A stretch of 64,000 bases of DNA from Paramecium tetraurelia. Its lineage: Eukaryota. The translations under genes and the position numbers were made by a program. The notes beneath the pieces were generated by a model. That model saw only the letters and a program-made list of their open reading frames with translations, was not told where the DNA came from and ran no database searches. The DNA lies in NCBI GenBank assembly GCA_000165425.1, contig CT868674.1, positions 186,001-250,000 of the forward strand. The letters run 5' to 3'. Below are positions 1 through 16,116 of the stretch, in pieces (within the stretch, counting starts at the first letter, position 1; each line of letters begins with the position of its first letter).

Positions 1-943
1 GGATTCAAAAGAGATGAATTCAAAAAGCATGAAAGAACAGTAGCTTAGTTGCAAAATGATATTATTAAATTGTCTAATGCTTTGGAAGAGCATAAAATAG
101 TTAGAGAATCCAATTGCGAAGAAATTACAAGATAATTAATTTATATCTAAGAATTGGAAAGCCAACTAAATACATATAAATCATTGAATGAAGATGATTA
201 GTTAAAATACAATAATCAATAACTTTATTAAACTATTGAAGATCTTAATTATTAATTGTAGTCATCAATTTAATAGAAAGATGAAGATAATTAACATTAA
301 TTATAAGAATTATAATAATTAGCTGATATTGCTAAATTAGAAAACAAAGAACTCACATTAAAGATAGCGCAACAAGAAAAGTTGTATTAGATGCAAATAT
401 AAAAAATAATTAAGCTTTGTGAATCAGTATATGATGAATTGTCTAATAAAATATCCAACAAATAAGAAGTTAATGATATCTTATAAAAATTGGTTATGTC
501 CAAAAAAGACTTTGATTTGGATCTTCTTAAGTAATCCTATTTATATAAATTATAGAATTGAATCTGAAATCAATAGCTAAACTTGTGAAGAATTATAGAA
601 TAAAGTTGAGAATTTATCGAGTGAAAATTAAAATATTAAATAAAAATTTTAAGCAACTTCTACAAATAAAGAAGCTCTATAAATGAGAGAAAAAGATTTA
701 GTTCATCAAATTGATAAATTGCAATAATAAGTTGAACGATAAAAAGAATTGAACTAGATGAGATAAAAGACAATGTCAGAATAAATATCAGCTTTATAGA
801 GAACTAATAAGCAATTAAACTAGGATTTGGATAAAATAACTAAAGAAGTTCAAGATTTGAGGGAAGAAAAGGTTATCTTACAGTAGACAATACAAAGATA
901 AGAGAAAAAAATACAAACACTAAGTTTATCTAAATATAAATGA
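1..943 (+). CDS. Coiled-coil protein, 5' truncated by window edge
   Basis: Open from base 1 in the ciliate code (GFKRDEFKKHERTVAQLQND...). A 25-nt GT..AG intron at 531-555 shifts the frame to TGA at 941-943. Rich in E/K/Q/L. Confidence 0.75.
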
Positions 944-1415
944 TAATTGTTTCTTTAATTAAATTTGATTATAATTAACAGCAAAATGCTAATTTTTATA
1001 TCTACAATCCCATTTATTAGCTCAATTTATAATACATAATTTAGGTTCCATTTTATCGAAATAAAATATTAATATTTTACATTTTTTATTGTTTCTAGAA
1101 ATTCTTGCATTCCTTTTTTTTGAAGAATTCTTTAATCTAATTAATCGAAACATTTAGCCGATTGATTAAGTAATAGAAATTTAGAAAAAAATAAAGGCTA
1201 AATAGTAAAGTATATTTTATTTATAATATTTGGTAATATTACTATATATGAATATCATGATATATCATTACTGAAAAATGATGATATTTTCTATTTTTTA
1301 ATTTATATTTTGATAAATTAATTGGGTTTATTAAATAGAATACTATTTATTAAAATTAAAAATAATTAATTTATATAAGGTTTAAAAATAAAATAAGAAA
1401 ATTAATTTTTCTTAA

Positions 1416-1461
1416 TTCTGGAAAATTCTGTTTTCGAGAATTAATAAATTCCAGAAAATTA
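1416..1461. promoter_or_regulatory. Heat-shock elements (nGAAn inverted repeats) upstream of HSP70
   Basis: TTCtgGAAaaTTC (1416-1428), TTCgaGAA (1433-1440) and TTCcaGAAaaTTa (1449-1461), 80-125 nt upstream of the HSP70 ATG. Confidence 0.7.
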
Positions 1462-1540
1462 CAAGTTAGGTTCTTTAAAGCAGGCAATTGAGATGAATGA
1501 TTTATTTAATTAATAAAAAACAAGTAAGCTTTTAAAAACA

Positions 1541-3475
<1,935 letters not shown>

Positions 3476-3703
3476 AATTTATATTTATTATATATATATA
3501 ATGTTTAATAATTATTATTAATTAAATTTGCTTAATATCAAATTGATAAAATTAATTGATTCGAAAGAGAATTCGTATTTTAGATTGATTCCATTGAAAA
3601 TTTGGGTTCACATTTAAGCATTATTGATATATTAGAATAATTGTTTAAGTAAACATTTTATAAATATTTAATTAATGATAATTTATATATTTAATGTTAT
3701 AAT

Positions 3704-4124
3704 ATGATACAGACTTCGGCAAAATATTTTACTGTATCTATACACTTCATAAAAGCCAATTGATTAGCATAGATCGAAAGTCTAAATTAAAGGGTTTTAT
3801 AGTTAATTCACAATAGATATGCTTATTACATTTGATGAAAAAATGACTGCCTTATTAACTAGTCTGCCCAAATTAAATGAACACTAAGTTTAAGAACATC
3901 TCCTCATGATGGCTGATTCTCAATACGATTCTAACCCAAATATTGATTTCGAATTATCAGAAGAAAACTATTCAATCAGGTCTTCTCATACATTACAGTA
4001 AACTAGAGCTGCTAAACCAAAAAAAATAATAATCGAAAAAAGCACTTATAAATTAGTTAATAAATCATAATTTCAATATACTGCAAGATCTTCTAAAAGA
4101 ACAGCCACCTAAAAACTCACATGA
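3704..4124 (+). CDS. Hypothetical protein
   Basis: ATG 3704, one 22-nt GT..AG intron, then open to TGA 4122-4124. Confidence 0.55.
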
Positions 4125-4707
4125 ATATTGTTCAATTCATTTAAATATGTATTAATAGAACACATTTCGTATACTACTTGTTCCGTAATACTATCTTTAC
4201 TATTTTCTTACCCTTATCGACTTTATATCTAAATTTAGGTTAATAGGCACTTTTTTAGTTAACACTATACTATCAATAACTAGATTCCATTTTATATACT
4301 TAAGTGCATCTACTGTTTGTTATTTGTAAAACTGTCATTAATTTAGAATCAACCCCATACATATTCAAGTTTAAATTCTTATACAGACATTTAATTAAGA
4401 ACATTTTTACTTTATTAAATTCTTTATATAGTGTAATTAATTGTCAGGCTATTTATGTATTTAATTCTTGTTTTGCTCTTTCGAATACATATTTAAGAAC
4501 TATCATGTCGATGTTTTGAACTGTTTTGACAACTTTTTGTATGAATCTTCAATCAAGTATATTATCCTATTTGATCCAGTTATTTAATTTTTGAGTTCCG
4601 AATTGATTTATTTTTCGATCTTATATGAAATATTTATAATACTTATTCCATAAATAATGATTTTATAATAAAATTAATTCTGTAGTAGAGATATAAATTT
4701 TTATATT

Positions 4708-5318
4708 ATGTTAGATTAAATCGATGAATCCATTGATATGTCAATTAAGATGAAATCTCTTAAACCCCCAAGTATAATATGCCCATATTCAGATCGCAGT
4801 CCCGAATAGAAGGTTAGCTTGCTCAAGTTAAGGAAAAATTCGAAAAGTTTTGGAGATTGCACCACTGAAAAATTAATTACGATATATTGGTATGATCAAG
4901 AACATGACTCCACCTATGAATTTTCTTAAGGCTTCAGCGAAATCTTGTGTCTGGGTGACATATGCAATTGGGTAATTTTGAAGTTAAAAGAAATGAATTT
5001 GCCGAAGATTGATGTTGAACAAACTAAATTGTATTTGCCAAAAAAGAAACAAGGTAAACCAAATGAAGATTTTCCATGTACTTATTTAAGCTATCCATAG
5101 CATTCAGAAATGAACTTCAACTAAAAGATTGTGATCAAACTAAATTTTCTATTAAGGTCTCTTATATATTGCGATAAGTCACTCCTCCTTAGAGAATCGA
5201 ACCTCGTTCATCGTACAGCAACTCATTAAATAAAGAAAAACGTATCCCCATCACTGAATAAAAAAAAGTTAAAAAAACAACTAATTTCTTCTGTTTTTGC
5301 AACAGTGTGAATGAATGA
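4708..5318 (+). CDS. Hypothetical protein with SIN1-CRIM-like motif and Cys-containing C-terminus
   Basis: Open with one 23-nt intron. Contains KLYLPKKKQGKPNEDFPSF...TKFSIKV and ends FFCFCNSVNE-TGA. Confidence 0.65.
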
Positions 5319-6022
5319 ACTCATATTTTTATAACAAATTATAAAGCTGATTAGTATCAATTGCTTAAGAGTTCTTAACATTTGGAAACCGCCGTCACTA
5401 AGAACATCAATCAAATTTAATTCCGAATATAATATAAAATTTATTTAATTATAATCCAAAATATTAGATAAAAATAAGTGAATTAAATTCCAAAGCTTTT
5501 CGTCACTTAGTAATCATATATTTTTGAGAATCTTAACATATCCTACCTTTGTCGATTAAGTAAATTAACCATGCGTATGATCAATAAGATTATTTAAATT
5601 CATTCAACTTTTAAACTAATTAAATAATACTAATTAGTACCTAATTATATTATTTTACAAATTTTTACATCTATTTTTCTCGTTTAATAGATCAGTAACT
5701 TGAATTTCCTGATAATATATAATGTCTAGTCACTTACTATTGAAATCAATGATTTAGGAAGCTACCTAAATAATACTTAATAAATTTAGAGTGAAAATTT
5801 AAAATGGAGAAGGTTGAATGAAATTTTATTTATAATTTAAATTTATTTATATATATATTCAGGGAATTAATTACCTATTTTATAAATATATTTTAAATCC
5901 TTAATTATAGAAATAAATAAAATATAAGTCCTTATGTAAACTTGTTATATAAAATTACATATGTTTAAATGACGAAGTTTGGTGAAATTTATTTAATCTT
6001 AAATATGTTATAAATTAAATTG

Positions 6023-6909
6023 TCATTTTTATGCAATAACTAATAAACAATCTTACATTAATGGTTCATTTAACACTGTCAATTTATGTTGAATTTTCTC
6101 ATCCAATCTTATTAACAATTATTTATATAAATCTTGATCTTTTTAAAGGAATTCAATTATACCAGGGTTCTAACCTTCTATTATTTACTCAGCTTTAAAT
6201 CTATTGGCTGCAGTGTTCTAATACCATAACACTAAGAATTAATTTGAATAATAATACATATATTCTAAAATCCTAAGCTCTCTAGTAATTATTTTAGTTC
6301 AGCCCTATCTGATCCTAACTGGAAAGAATCATGACTCTTTGGGAACACATATCCAATTTCAGTAGCAGTTGCTCTGAGAAGTGTATAATTATCAGCTATT
6401 TCACGTCTACCCCAAACAGAGAATCCAATCTTGCCTCCAGGTTTCAAAATTCTGTATGCTTCTTTCAATGCTTAGATTGGATTTAAAACCAAGTGAAAAA
6501 TAAATCCACCATAATATATATCGAAATAATCAGAAGAATATTAAGATAAATCCTCTGCATTGGCTACTTCCGCCCTCCAAGAAATTTATTTAAACAGATT
6601 TTCTGAATCTTACTCCTATTATCCATTTGGAAATGTTAAAAAATTGAGTACTCTTTGTTTGGAAGATTCAACCATTTTTTCAGATAAGTCTGTTGAAACG
6701 AACTCACAATTTAATTGCTTATCCAAGAGTATCGTAGGAATTGTCAATCCAGGTCCACATCCTGATTCAAATATTCGTGAAGCATTTGAGACATCAAGCA
6801 TGTTAATTAGAGTTATACCAATACTGGCTTAGTTTCCTTGTATTTTTGAGTAGTTGTCAACATAATTGCTCCAGTAGGTCTTTAATTAATCTTAGAACTG
6901 GATGTTCAT
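6023..6909 (-). CDS. Class I SAM-dependent methyltransferase
   Basis: Motif I IFESGCGPG, motif II STDLSEKM, later EAYRILKPGGKIGFSVWG; one ~26-nt intron. Confidence 0.85.
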
Positions 6910-6950
6910 TGAATGGGAATAATAAATTATTGAATATTAATATCATATTT

Positions 6951-9900
6951 TCATCCAAAAAGCTTCTATCCGATAATAGAGAATATCTATGTAGAAATTT
7001 GTTTAAGAACAAAAGCTGCAAATTCATCAAATTGCTATTAATAAGTTGAAATATAATACTTCTTTTGTTGTCGAAAACTATTTAGGAGATCTATATGGTT
7101 CTAATTGAATAGTAACATCTTTAAATCTCTTAATTTTAGAAGGATGCTTGAATGTGGCTACCAACTTAAGTTCGCTCACTTGTAATGAATTAAAATAATC
7201 AGGTATTTATTTAGATATATTTTCCATTGCCGCTATTGGATTATAAGTTTATATTTACTTTTCATTTATTCCTTCTTTTCAGTGCTCAATCTATTATTCC
7301 TTTAGGTAGATTCGTCCCCAAAGAAGTAATTATAGAATTGATCATATAATTCATCTGTCAAAATAATTGTTAATGGATTCATCTTTATGTCGTGTTGATC
7401 AATAACAAACCATTTTTATTAGTAAATCTAGAGAGGATAAAACTTTTTGATCATTCTAAAGAAGGGTTGCTGTTTAGATTCTTTGATCTACTAGCTTAAT
7501 GCCGTTCTATAGTCAGGATCTTATTCTATCTTATTAATTGCATCTAAATCCTAGAGAAGAATATCTATTTTATGACTATCATTTTCAAATAGAGTTTCAA
7601 TGATTCTAATTTATCTAATATTGAATAGAATAAAACTAACTTCTTATTCATCCAATAATGATAGACTTGTTTCTTTAATGGCATAGTCTAATTTTGATTT
7701 TTCATTCCCGTAATGTTCAAGATTTTCTGATATTTTCTTCTTAATCAATTGATCAATTTATTTTATACCATATTAATTTAATTCCTTTAATTTATTTCTA
7801 TAGAATCTCTCCTTGTTTTCAAATTCATTTTTTGTGGTAACTGCCATTTCCAAGAATGTTAACATATCTAAGAATTGATCCAATTAATATTTTTTCATTG
7901 TAGCATTCAATTACCCAACTTTTACTTACACAATTGGTCTCCTTAATTCTTGATTCCAATAATTAGGATTGTGTTTATCACAATTTTATGAGGATATCTC
8001 AGTGAAATCTCTAACATTCTCTCTTCGCTGATAACTTTATATCTAAAAGAGAGCATAATCACATTTAATAATCTTTTCATAATCTTGACTAGTAAATCTT
8101 ACAGTCTACTTGGCATCCAAATGTTTTTGTAATACTTAGCAATCTAAACCATTGAATATCAATTTTGTAACCAGTTTTTTATCAATTTCTTGGCTATCAA
8201 ATGGTAGAATATACTCTGACATTATAATCTAGCAATCTTTGGGTGATGTTAAGATCATTTAACAATTAGCATAATGATATTAGAAATTGAATTAAGGATT
8301 GACCAAAGAGACCATTAATTTTAATTCTTCTCTACAATAAGATTTAGGTTTTGTTTATTCCATCTGCGCATCGAAATTTTATTTGGTCTATTTATTCTAA
8401 GGAATTTCAAGGCTTTCAAAGACATTGCTCCAAATTTCTTATAAGTAAAATGTAAATAGTAATTGACTATCAAGGGCAGAAATGAAATTCTTTATTATTT
8501 TCTATGTCATTACAGCATTAGCATTATTCTCCTCATCTTCAACTTACAAAGTTATTTTTTGGTTCTATTTATACTCTAATTATTAAGCCTTCAAGAATAT
8601 GTCAAAAGCATTGAATTCATTTTTTTGCTATTGTTTAATTTGAATACCTGATGTTCTACCTCTAACTTTAAGATCTTCTAGTGAATCATCAAAATAGGAT
8701 TGATCAGTTTATAAATTAAATAAATGATACTAAGGAGTAAGCGTAGTATTAATAATGAAAGGTTACTTAAGGAATTTCTTCAATTTTTTCAATTCATGAA
8801 AAGTCATGTTTTGGAGATTCTGTGATTAATTTAATTCACTCTAATAATAATCTACTGGTTGAATATCAAAGAAATTAACAAATTACTCTTGTTGACTTAA
8901 AGGTTCTGGTTATTCCATCTCTAACATCTGTTTCCCATCAAACATTGATGATACCAACTAATCACATTTAGCAGCTATAGATTGCACTTCGAATTTCCAC
9001 CCATTTTCTTTATGATTAGGCTCTAATTGTACATTCACTTTTAATGATTAAAATAGTGTCTAAAACCCAATGAATGGAACATCCTTGTGCTTCAGGAAGG
9101 TCTCACTATGTGATACTGGTTTTTCTGAGTTGGTAAAGAACATTCTGAATTTATTTGAGTACACTCTTATGTTGATCTTCTTTGTATGTTAAAATAAGGA
9201 TTATTTAATCATGAGTGATTCCATCAATTTAATGTATGTGTAATTAACCAATGTTTTGTAGTCTGCATATGTATTCCATTCCATCTCATACACCTTATTG
9301 TCCATCACTTATGGGAATTTATTAATCTTGACTTAAAACATTCTCAAGACATCATGTCTCAATATTGGTCTATTCTTCAACCATCTCATAAATTAGTTTT
9401 AATAATGAATAAAGAAACAATAATTCTATTGATCTCTAAAATTGGAGTCTTTGTAATGTTCATATTAAATGCAATCAAATTTAATTTCAATTTGTAATTA
9501 TTGACTGATGAAATCAGTTAAGCTATTATTTATTTAATTGAAGTATGGTTTTCTCATGTAAAAATAATGATCGTATTAATCTTTCAGTGCAAACCAATTG
9601 AATTCGGTTACCATCTAGATTCTCGGAATGTATAGAACTTTTTAGATTTTTGGAATTCTACTCAATTTCAATTTGTCTGCCTATCCTTTGACTGTCCAAT
9701 TTAAAAACTCAATGTTTATTAATTTAGCTGAAAACTTAATACAATTAATTGAATAAGGCAATATATCGGTCGTGATTTAAAAAATTAGATGTTCTAATTG
9801 AAAGTGTAATTTGCCATGGAATTTCAATCTAAAGCTATCCCAAAAGGATAATTACTCTTTTATTATAATTTTATTTTATTATTAATTCACACTTTAACCC

Positions 9901-12668
9901 ATAATTTAATTAATTCTATTAGAGATTTCCCTAAAAGCAAACACTAAATTTAATCCTGCTGTTATTTGTAATTGCTTGATTTCTAAACCTAAATCATAGA
10001 AAATCCTAAACCCTATCTAAATATTCTATGTATTCAATCTTGAAAGACATAGAAAAGTATGCAATTTCATACCTCTCAAATCAAGTAAAGAAAGCTTATA
10101 ATCTCTAATAGATATTTTTATTTATTCTAATTGGATTTCGCAATTGGCCAACTCAAAATATTCAAAGAATGACTCATCTAACTAAGTAGGATGAGAATCT
10201 AATTTTGTTATCTTATCAAGTACTTGATTGACTGTTAAGTTTAATTTCTTTAATTTTAGATTGAGATTCTATAATTTCATATGCAATAAAGGATATGATT
10301 GTTATGTTTTTAAACCTTCCAATACTCTGCTTTCATTTTGCCTACTTTTAACAGTTTCGAACTTTTCTTAAAATCTCCTATATCTACATAATGCATCATT
10401 TAATTTGGTATCCTGAACAAAAACTTCGAAATTACAAATACTAAGATTTGTATTTTTACCAAATATTGATCTAATTTTTGTTGTTGTTTCTTAATCACTT
10501 GATATGTTCTTGAGTACACCATCATGAGAAGATCTTCTTTTCTTTAATTAGGAAGTATCAATATCTTCCTGATTAATATCAAATATCTATCTTCTTGATA
10601 CAATGGAATTCATTTATTTAATACCTGATACAAATACATTAATGTCTCTAACATCTTCTTCAAAATTGAATATCGCAGACTTAATATTGATTTACATTAA
10701 TTCAGCACTATTTTTAGTTTAGATTTAATCTATTGAAAACAAGCATGAATTTTAAAATTTAATTGAGAGTTGATTTAAATCAATATTATTAGGATCTTTT
10801 GTATTGATTTCTAATAGTTCAATCTCTGCCAAGAAAGGAGAAGCCAAGTATTTGAGCTTGACTTCTTTGCAGTTTATAATTTTCTCTTTGATTATTGGTT
10901 TAATGGCTTTAGATTTTTTCTTTTCTAAAGGTGTCAATTTGAAAGATGTAAATTTTGATAATTATTATCGAAATACTTTTTATAATTAATAAATCCTTAG
11001 CATCTTTTCTATGTTTATCTGTTCTACTAATAATTAAAATGTATTAAATGTGTAATTGACTACCTTAGGGTTCGTTTGCATTTTTAAATCTTTGATTAAA
11101 CCATCAGTCTAACTAATATTGCTAGTAATTTCGCAATTGTCAAATTAAGTTCTAGATTCATTCAGATCTCCTTCGTTTGAAATATAATGAAATTTATTAA
11201 TAGTGATTGAATTAATAATTGCACCATCATAGATTAAATTAATTTAAAATTTATTAGTAACTAAAAAATCATATGAATTGCTTAATGCACTGTTGAGATC
11301 AATATTCAAGAATTCACAACACATCTACTTAGCAATCCGATTATATTTTTTAAAGTATTTGCTTTATTCATAATTTTCAACAAATGCAACTCGAAATTCT
11401 GATGCTAATTCAGTTTAAATAAGTGTGAAAAACTTAATCAATTATGGAGACAAATTTATGATTAGATCTCCATATCTGATAAAATGTTTTGTATTATCAT
11501 TGGAATGAACAGTGATGCTGGATATAGTGTCAATGTTCCATGTTATATCTTAAAATCTAACATCTTCCTGCAGAGTATTCACAGTAAACTATTTGCATAC
11601 TATCATTCCTTTCTTAGTTTGATCTGTCTCAACTATATCATATAATCCATGATACTTCAAATTTTGCCATTCAAACACAAGCTTATTTTGAGTGTATTTA
11701 TAAAACTTTTGAGTTAAGATATTAAAAGAATGTTTCTTATCAGCATCACTATCATTGAAGATACTAAATTCTATTCTAAATATAGCAAAATTAAGTTTAA
11801 CTTCTCTTGGTTTCCCCAAAAACTTAAATCCTTTCTCATTAAAATGTCTCTTAAGAATTTTATTAATATCAGGTCTAGCCCAAAATTCATTTGCCAACAC
11901 ATCCATTGTGTAGAAATATTCACTTTTACAACACCATCGTACCTCCTAAATGTCAATATCTATTGAGCTATGTTCTTCCAATAGATCTATTATCAATCCA
12001 GGTTTAGTGATTGCATTTAAATTAATAACATTGATAGTCAAGCATTATTCCATCTTAGCGCCTTCACTAGTGAGTTTCCATTGTAAATGTCCATTCTAAT
12101 TCAAATGCGATTGTACTGATGTTTAGCCTAACTTTACAACCATTTCTGGTAGATCCTTTTCCTTGGAATTGAGTTTCGGCAAAGTGACATTGATTACATT
12201 GAAATGAATATTTAGGCGAGAAAGCGTTAGAAAAAGACAATTGATGGCTGAGGATTCCAATAATAAGGTAAAGAATGGTATTTGTTTATTTTTGCGATGC
12301 AGTATTTTTTCTTGAGAATAAGGCAGGAATTTGGATTTCAGTCTTTCCATATACAACTACTCCTCAAATTAAAAGCCTATTTTGATTGCTTAGTTCGGAA
12401 TGAACCTTATATTCAAATCGATGATGTTCACATTGAATCTCCATTAATTTGGAACTCTTGCTATCTGTATCCGCGCTATGTTTACAGTAACTATTATGTG
12501 CTTTTTGTATTAATATCTTAATTCCATATTGTAAAGGGAAAATGGGACATATGAATACTGGAGAGCAAGGACTTTCTTATGCAACCGTACCAACCACTTT
12601 ATCCACACAGGGCAAAAAAGAAATGTTATAATAAAAGCATTGATTATGAGAATCAATGTATTAAGCAT
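6951..12668 (-). CDS. BLTP2/FMP27/Hobbit/SABRE-like bridge-like lipid transfer protein (~1905 aa)
   Basis: Start, stop and four supplied ORF fragments share one frame over 5718 nt. N-terminal TM helix (MLNTLILIINAFIITFLFCPVW). Apt1-like C-terminus (KMNPLTIILTDELYDQFYNYFFG...YFNSLQVSELKLVATFK...DVTIQLEPY...QKLFG). Confidence 0.7.
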
Positions 12669-12742
12669 TTTTGTATTTTTATTTATAAATCTCAACCTTC
12701 ATTTTTATTTTAAAATTAATCAGAAATTCCAAAAGAAAGCGA

Positions 12743-13690
12743 ATGATTAAGTATCTCTTTTCTCTATTTTTGTCTTAGTCTGTATTGTCGACTATGTCCA
12801 CCTTTTCTTAAATAAGCTAATTTCACTATTAATAAGATATATTATAATAAGATCAATTTCAGATGTAAATCCTTTGTCCAAATCCATCAGTTTAAAGGGA
12901 GAATACATATTTTCAAAATTGGACAGAACAAAGAGAGACCAAAATCCTATCAGTACAGTATCAAATTTTGGTACAATCACAAGTAAAATGTTCTTGCTTT
13001 ACATCTAATTACTATATATTGCAACATTCTTATATTCTAGTCATTGATTTCAGATTCGACATACACGATAAAATAGAGTTTAAGCAGAGAATTAATATAT
13101 CTTTTTATTGTTATTCATCTCAAGTATTTTCACTTTTTATATAGTCTGCCAAATGAATAATTACTGGCTTCTCTATTTTGAATTTGTTCCTATTATGATT
13201 TTTCTCTATTTTATAACATTAGATTCTTATTGAAACAATAGGAATTACCTTTTCCTCTAATTAAACCAAAAAAGTGGAACCATTTGGATAAAAAAAATAT
13301 ACTACAGTTTATCCTTTCTTCTTTTCCAACTTGTCCAATTTGACACTACAATTAATAATTTAAATCTTGTTTTAACAACAAAATAATATCATTACTCTAT
13401 AAATAGAGCTCTTAAAAAGTTTAATTTGCTGTCTGAAGTAATATAATAAATCATCTTCAGATATTTTTAATTCATAAATCAGATAATTATTCTATATTAT
13501 CCCTATAGTCTTTAGATATTCTTGTAACTTATTTCCATTAATTCAATCCTTCTTTCCCACATTAAAAATAATCTTATTAAACATTCTCGTACACTGGTTC
13601 CTCTTTTGAAATTACGATTAATGACTCTAAAAACTCTCTTATCAAAGAGAACTTTGTGAACTTGATATTGGCTCGTCTGGTTGGGTTACA
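12743..13690 (+). pseudogene. Possible degraded or unresolved secreted-protein gene
   Basis: Signal-peptide-like start MIKYLFSLFLSQSVLS, open ~138 codons. TGA stops then appear in all frames and I could not remove them with canonical introns. Confidence 0.3.
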
Positions 13691-13722
13691 ATAAAATTCA
13701 TCATTATTATTTTATTTATTTA

Positions 13723-14578
13723 ATGTCGGAGAACATTTTGAAGTTATAGCACCTAAATTCACTTTTCAAATCCAAGAGAGAAACAAAGGTAGATGATAAT
13801 AAGAAAATCCCACCTGAGTCTCTGATCCAGTATTCTAACTAATAAGAAGCCACGTTATAACAAATAAGAAAAAAACAATCTCTGCCTGTCCCTGCTTTAG
13901 AATCAAAACCCACAATGGATGTAATTGTTGTAATTCAAATTTAGGAACTATTAAACTCTTTAATTAAACCAAGAGATTGGGAAATTGATGGAAGACGACT
14001 TATGTAAACAGTTTCAATAGTCCCTCCATCAAGAGATGACATCACTAATTTGCAAAAACTTCTTGATGAAAGACTTGTTTCGAGGCAAGCTAGGGAATAT
14101 CCTTTATGTCCAATAAGAGAAGAATTATTTGGCTAATGTTTTGATGAGATTATCAGATAAGTCACCATAGATTGTCAAGAAAGAGGTATTTCCTTCAGGC
14201 TATTCCATAAGGTGTAATTTTGGCAAGAGTTCGAGATGATCTAAATAAGACTATTGTGGCTTATAAATCTTTGTATGAGGGATCAATGCCCTTTAGTCTT
14301 CAAAAGTAGTTGAATGCTGAGGATGGACTCAACAAATTAGAAGTATAGATTACAGAATTGAATGAAACTAAGCAGTAATTGGAGTTGAGAGTAATTAATT
14401 GTTGTTATCCTATTAGAAACAACTTTTGACTAATAAAAAAGAGGCTCTTGAAAGATCAATTAAGGAAAGGAAGGATGCCAACGAGTAAAGGAGAAAGGCA
14501 GAGATTGAATTTTTGAAATATTAAAATTCTCATTTGGAATCATATCAAAAACAAGTAAATCCAAACAAGAATTAATGA
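13723..14578 (+). CDS. DNALI1: Axonemal inner-arm dynein light chain p28 (DNALI1/IDA4 family)
   Basis: IPPESLIQY, ELLNSLIKPRDW, LDERLVSRQAREYPLCPIREELFGQCFDEIIRQVTIDCQERG; three tiny introns. Confidence 0.9.
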
Positions 14579-14662
14579 ATTTAACAATCATATTTTATAA
14601 AATTAAAATAATCTCTTATTTTTATATGATAATCAATTATTTTTAGTTGATTTTTCCTTTAG

Positions 14663-15981
14663 TCATTTTTTCTTCTCTTTGAATAATGTCTTTTTTTTAC
14701 TAAGATTTATTAGGTTTGAATAATTACTTTAAGACTTTTATTTGGTATTTTTTTAATTAGCTGAAATTTATTGTGGTTCAAATTAATAAGTGTCCATACT
14801 TAAGAATATCCATTTTCTTTTAAGATGGATCTATTTAATCTTTAACTTGAGATTATGTGAGATCAAAGTCTCTCTTGTTTTTACAGAGCCAGTTATTGCC
14901 AGGTTGAATTATTAGGAATTAATCTCTCTTTAGGTTTTCTTATTTTTAAGATTGTTGTTGTTCTGATTGAGCTAAAGTTACAATTTCTACTTACATTATT
15001 GGTTTCAGATTCCTCTTTTGATTCTGAGATTGAGACATTTTATGCTTTAATTGATTTTTCACCAAACACACTGGATTACAATTCAGCTTCCTTTCTATTT
15101 TTCTCAAATGTTTCTGGATCAAATTCTTTCACTTAATTGATACTCTGACCTTCAAAAGTACTCCATTTAAGGTAGATGCTCTTGGTTTTCAATTTTTTAG
15201 CCTTTAATTGCTAAATCAATTTCACTTCAAATTACTTCGGACTATCGCCGAAAACACTCGATTAATTTTTCGTCAATTTTCTATTGCTTGGATTATAATC
15301 CTATTATTTTTAAGTTAATTTTATTTTTTGAGGATTAGAAGCTTCTAGATTAACCTCTTTGGTGAGAAGATTATCTCTAGCAATTTCATTCCCATAAAGT
15401 TCTTTATTTCTCCTGTTATTTGGATCATAAGCAAGTTTTGGTTTGAATTCTTTTAATGTGACTGCTCTTTTTAATGATTTATTATATTCATCAACATCTC
15501 ATAATACTTAGTTTCATTTACCACTTTAACCAAATAAGAATTCTTTTCCATGATCTACTTATATAATATTATTATTCTTTTTTTGATATCTTTTAACTTC
15601 TTACTGTGATGTTTTAAAAGTTTAAGTATTTCTTGCAGGAGGAGGAGCATTTTAAATGGGTTCCGATAAGAAAATTTGAGATCAAAAGGTCTTATTTTAT
15701 CGAACCTTGGATATCAAAATCTGGTACTTCTTATTGCTTGGTTGCTTAGGTTTCCGTACTAAATATATCTGTTTAGGACGAACACTCTGTCTTGATGGTT
15801 ATTAAGCAGGAGCAGGAGAATTGACTCCGAAAATATTAGATTTATTTTAGATTCTCAATATAAATGAATTATTTACACATATCTTGTAATAGGTGCTTGA
15901 TCAAAGGTTTGTTTAGTTGGTTTTGATCCAGCTGCTAGTCCATCATATTTAATGTCAGATTTACATGTTAGATGTATCCAT
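14663..15981 (-). CDS. Hypothetical low-complexity protein (boundaries approximate)
   Basis: Long TGA-free minus-strand stretches with tiny introns; Q/K/P/S-rich with SNIFG-type motifs. Confidence 0.5.
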
Positions 15982-16116
15982 TAATAAATAAATAAAATCT
16001 AAATATATTTTATCAACTGTCATTGATCTGCATGCTTAGTTAATTTTTGTGTAAAATAATTTAATTGGGATAGATGTTGTAATTATGAGCTGATATTAAT
16101 TTTATTATAATTTCTA

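Noticed and set aside
4130..4650. Possible minus-strand gene
   Set aside because: I could not build a consistent frame and intron model, and no motif was recognisable.
5345..5415. Hairpin gttctta...taagaac as a possible SECIS or H/ACA RNA
   Set aside because: Only a 7-bp stem in AT-rich DNA, with no convincing SECIS core, ACA/H boxes or in-frame Sec TGA nearby.
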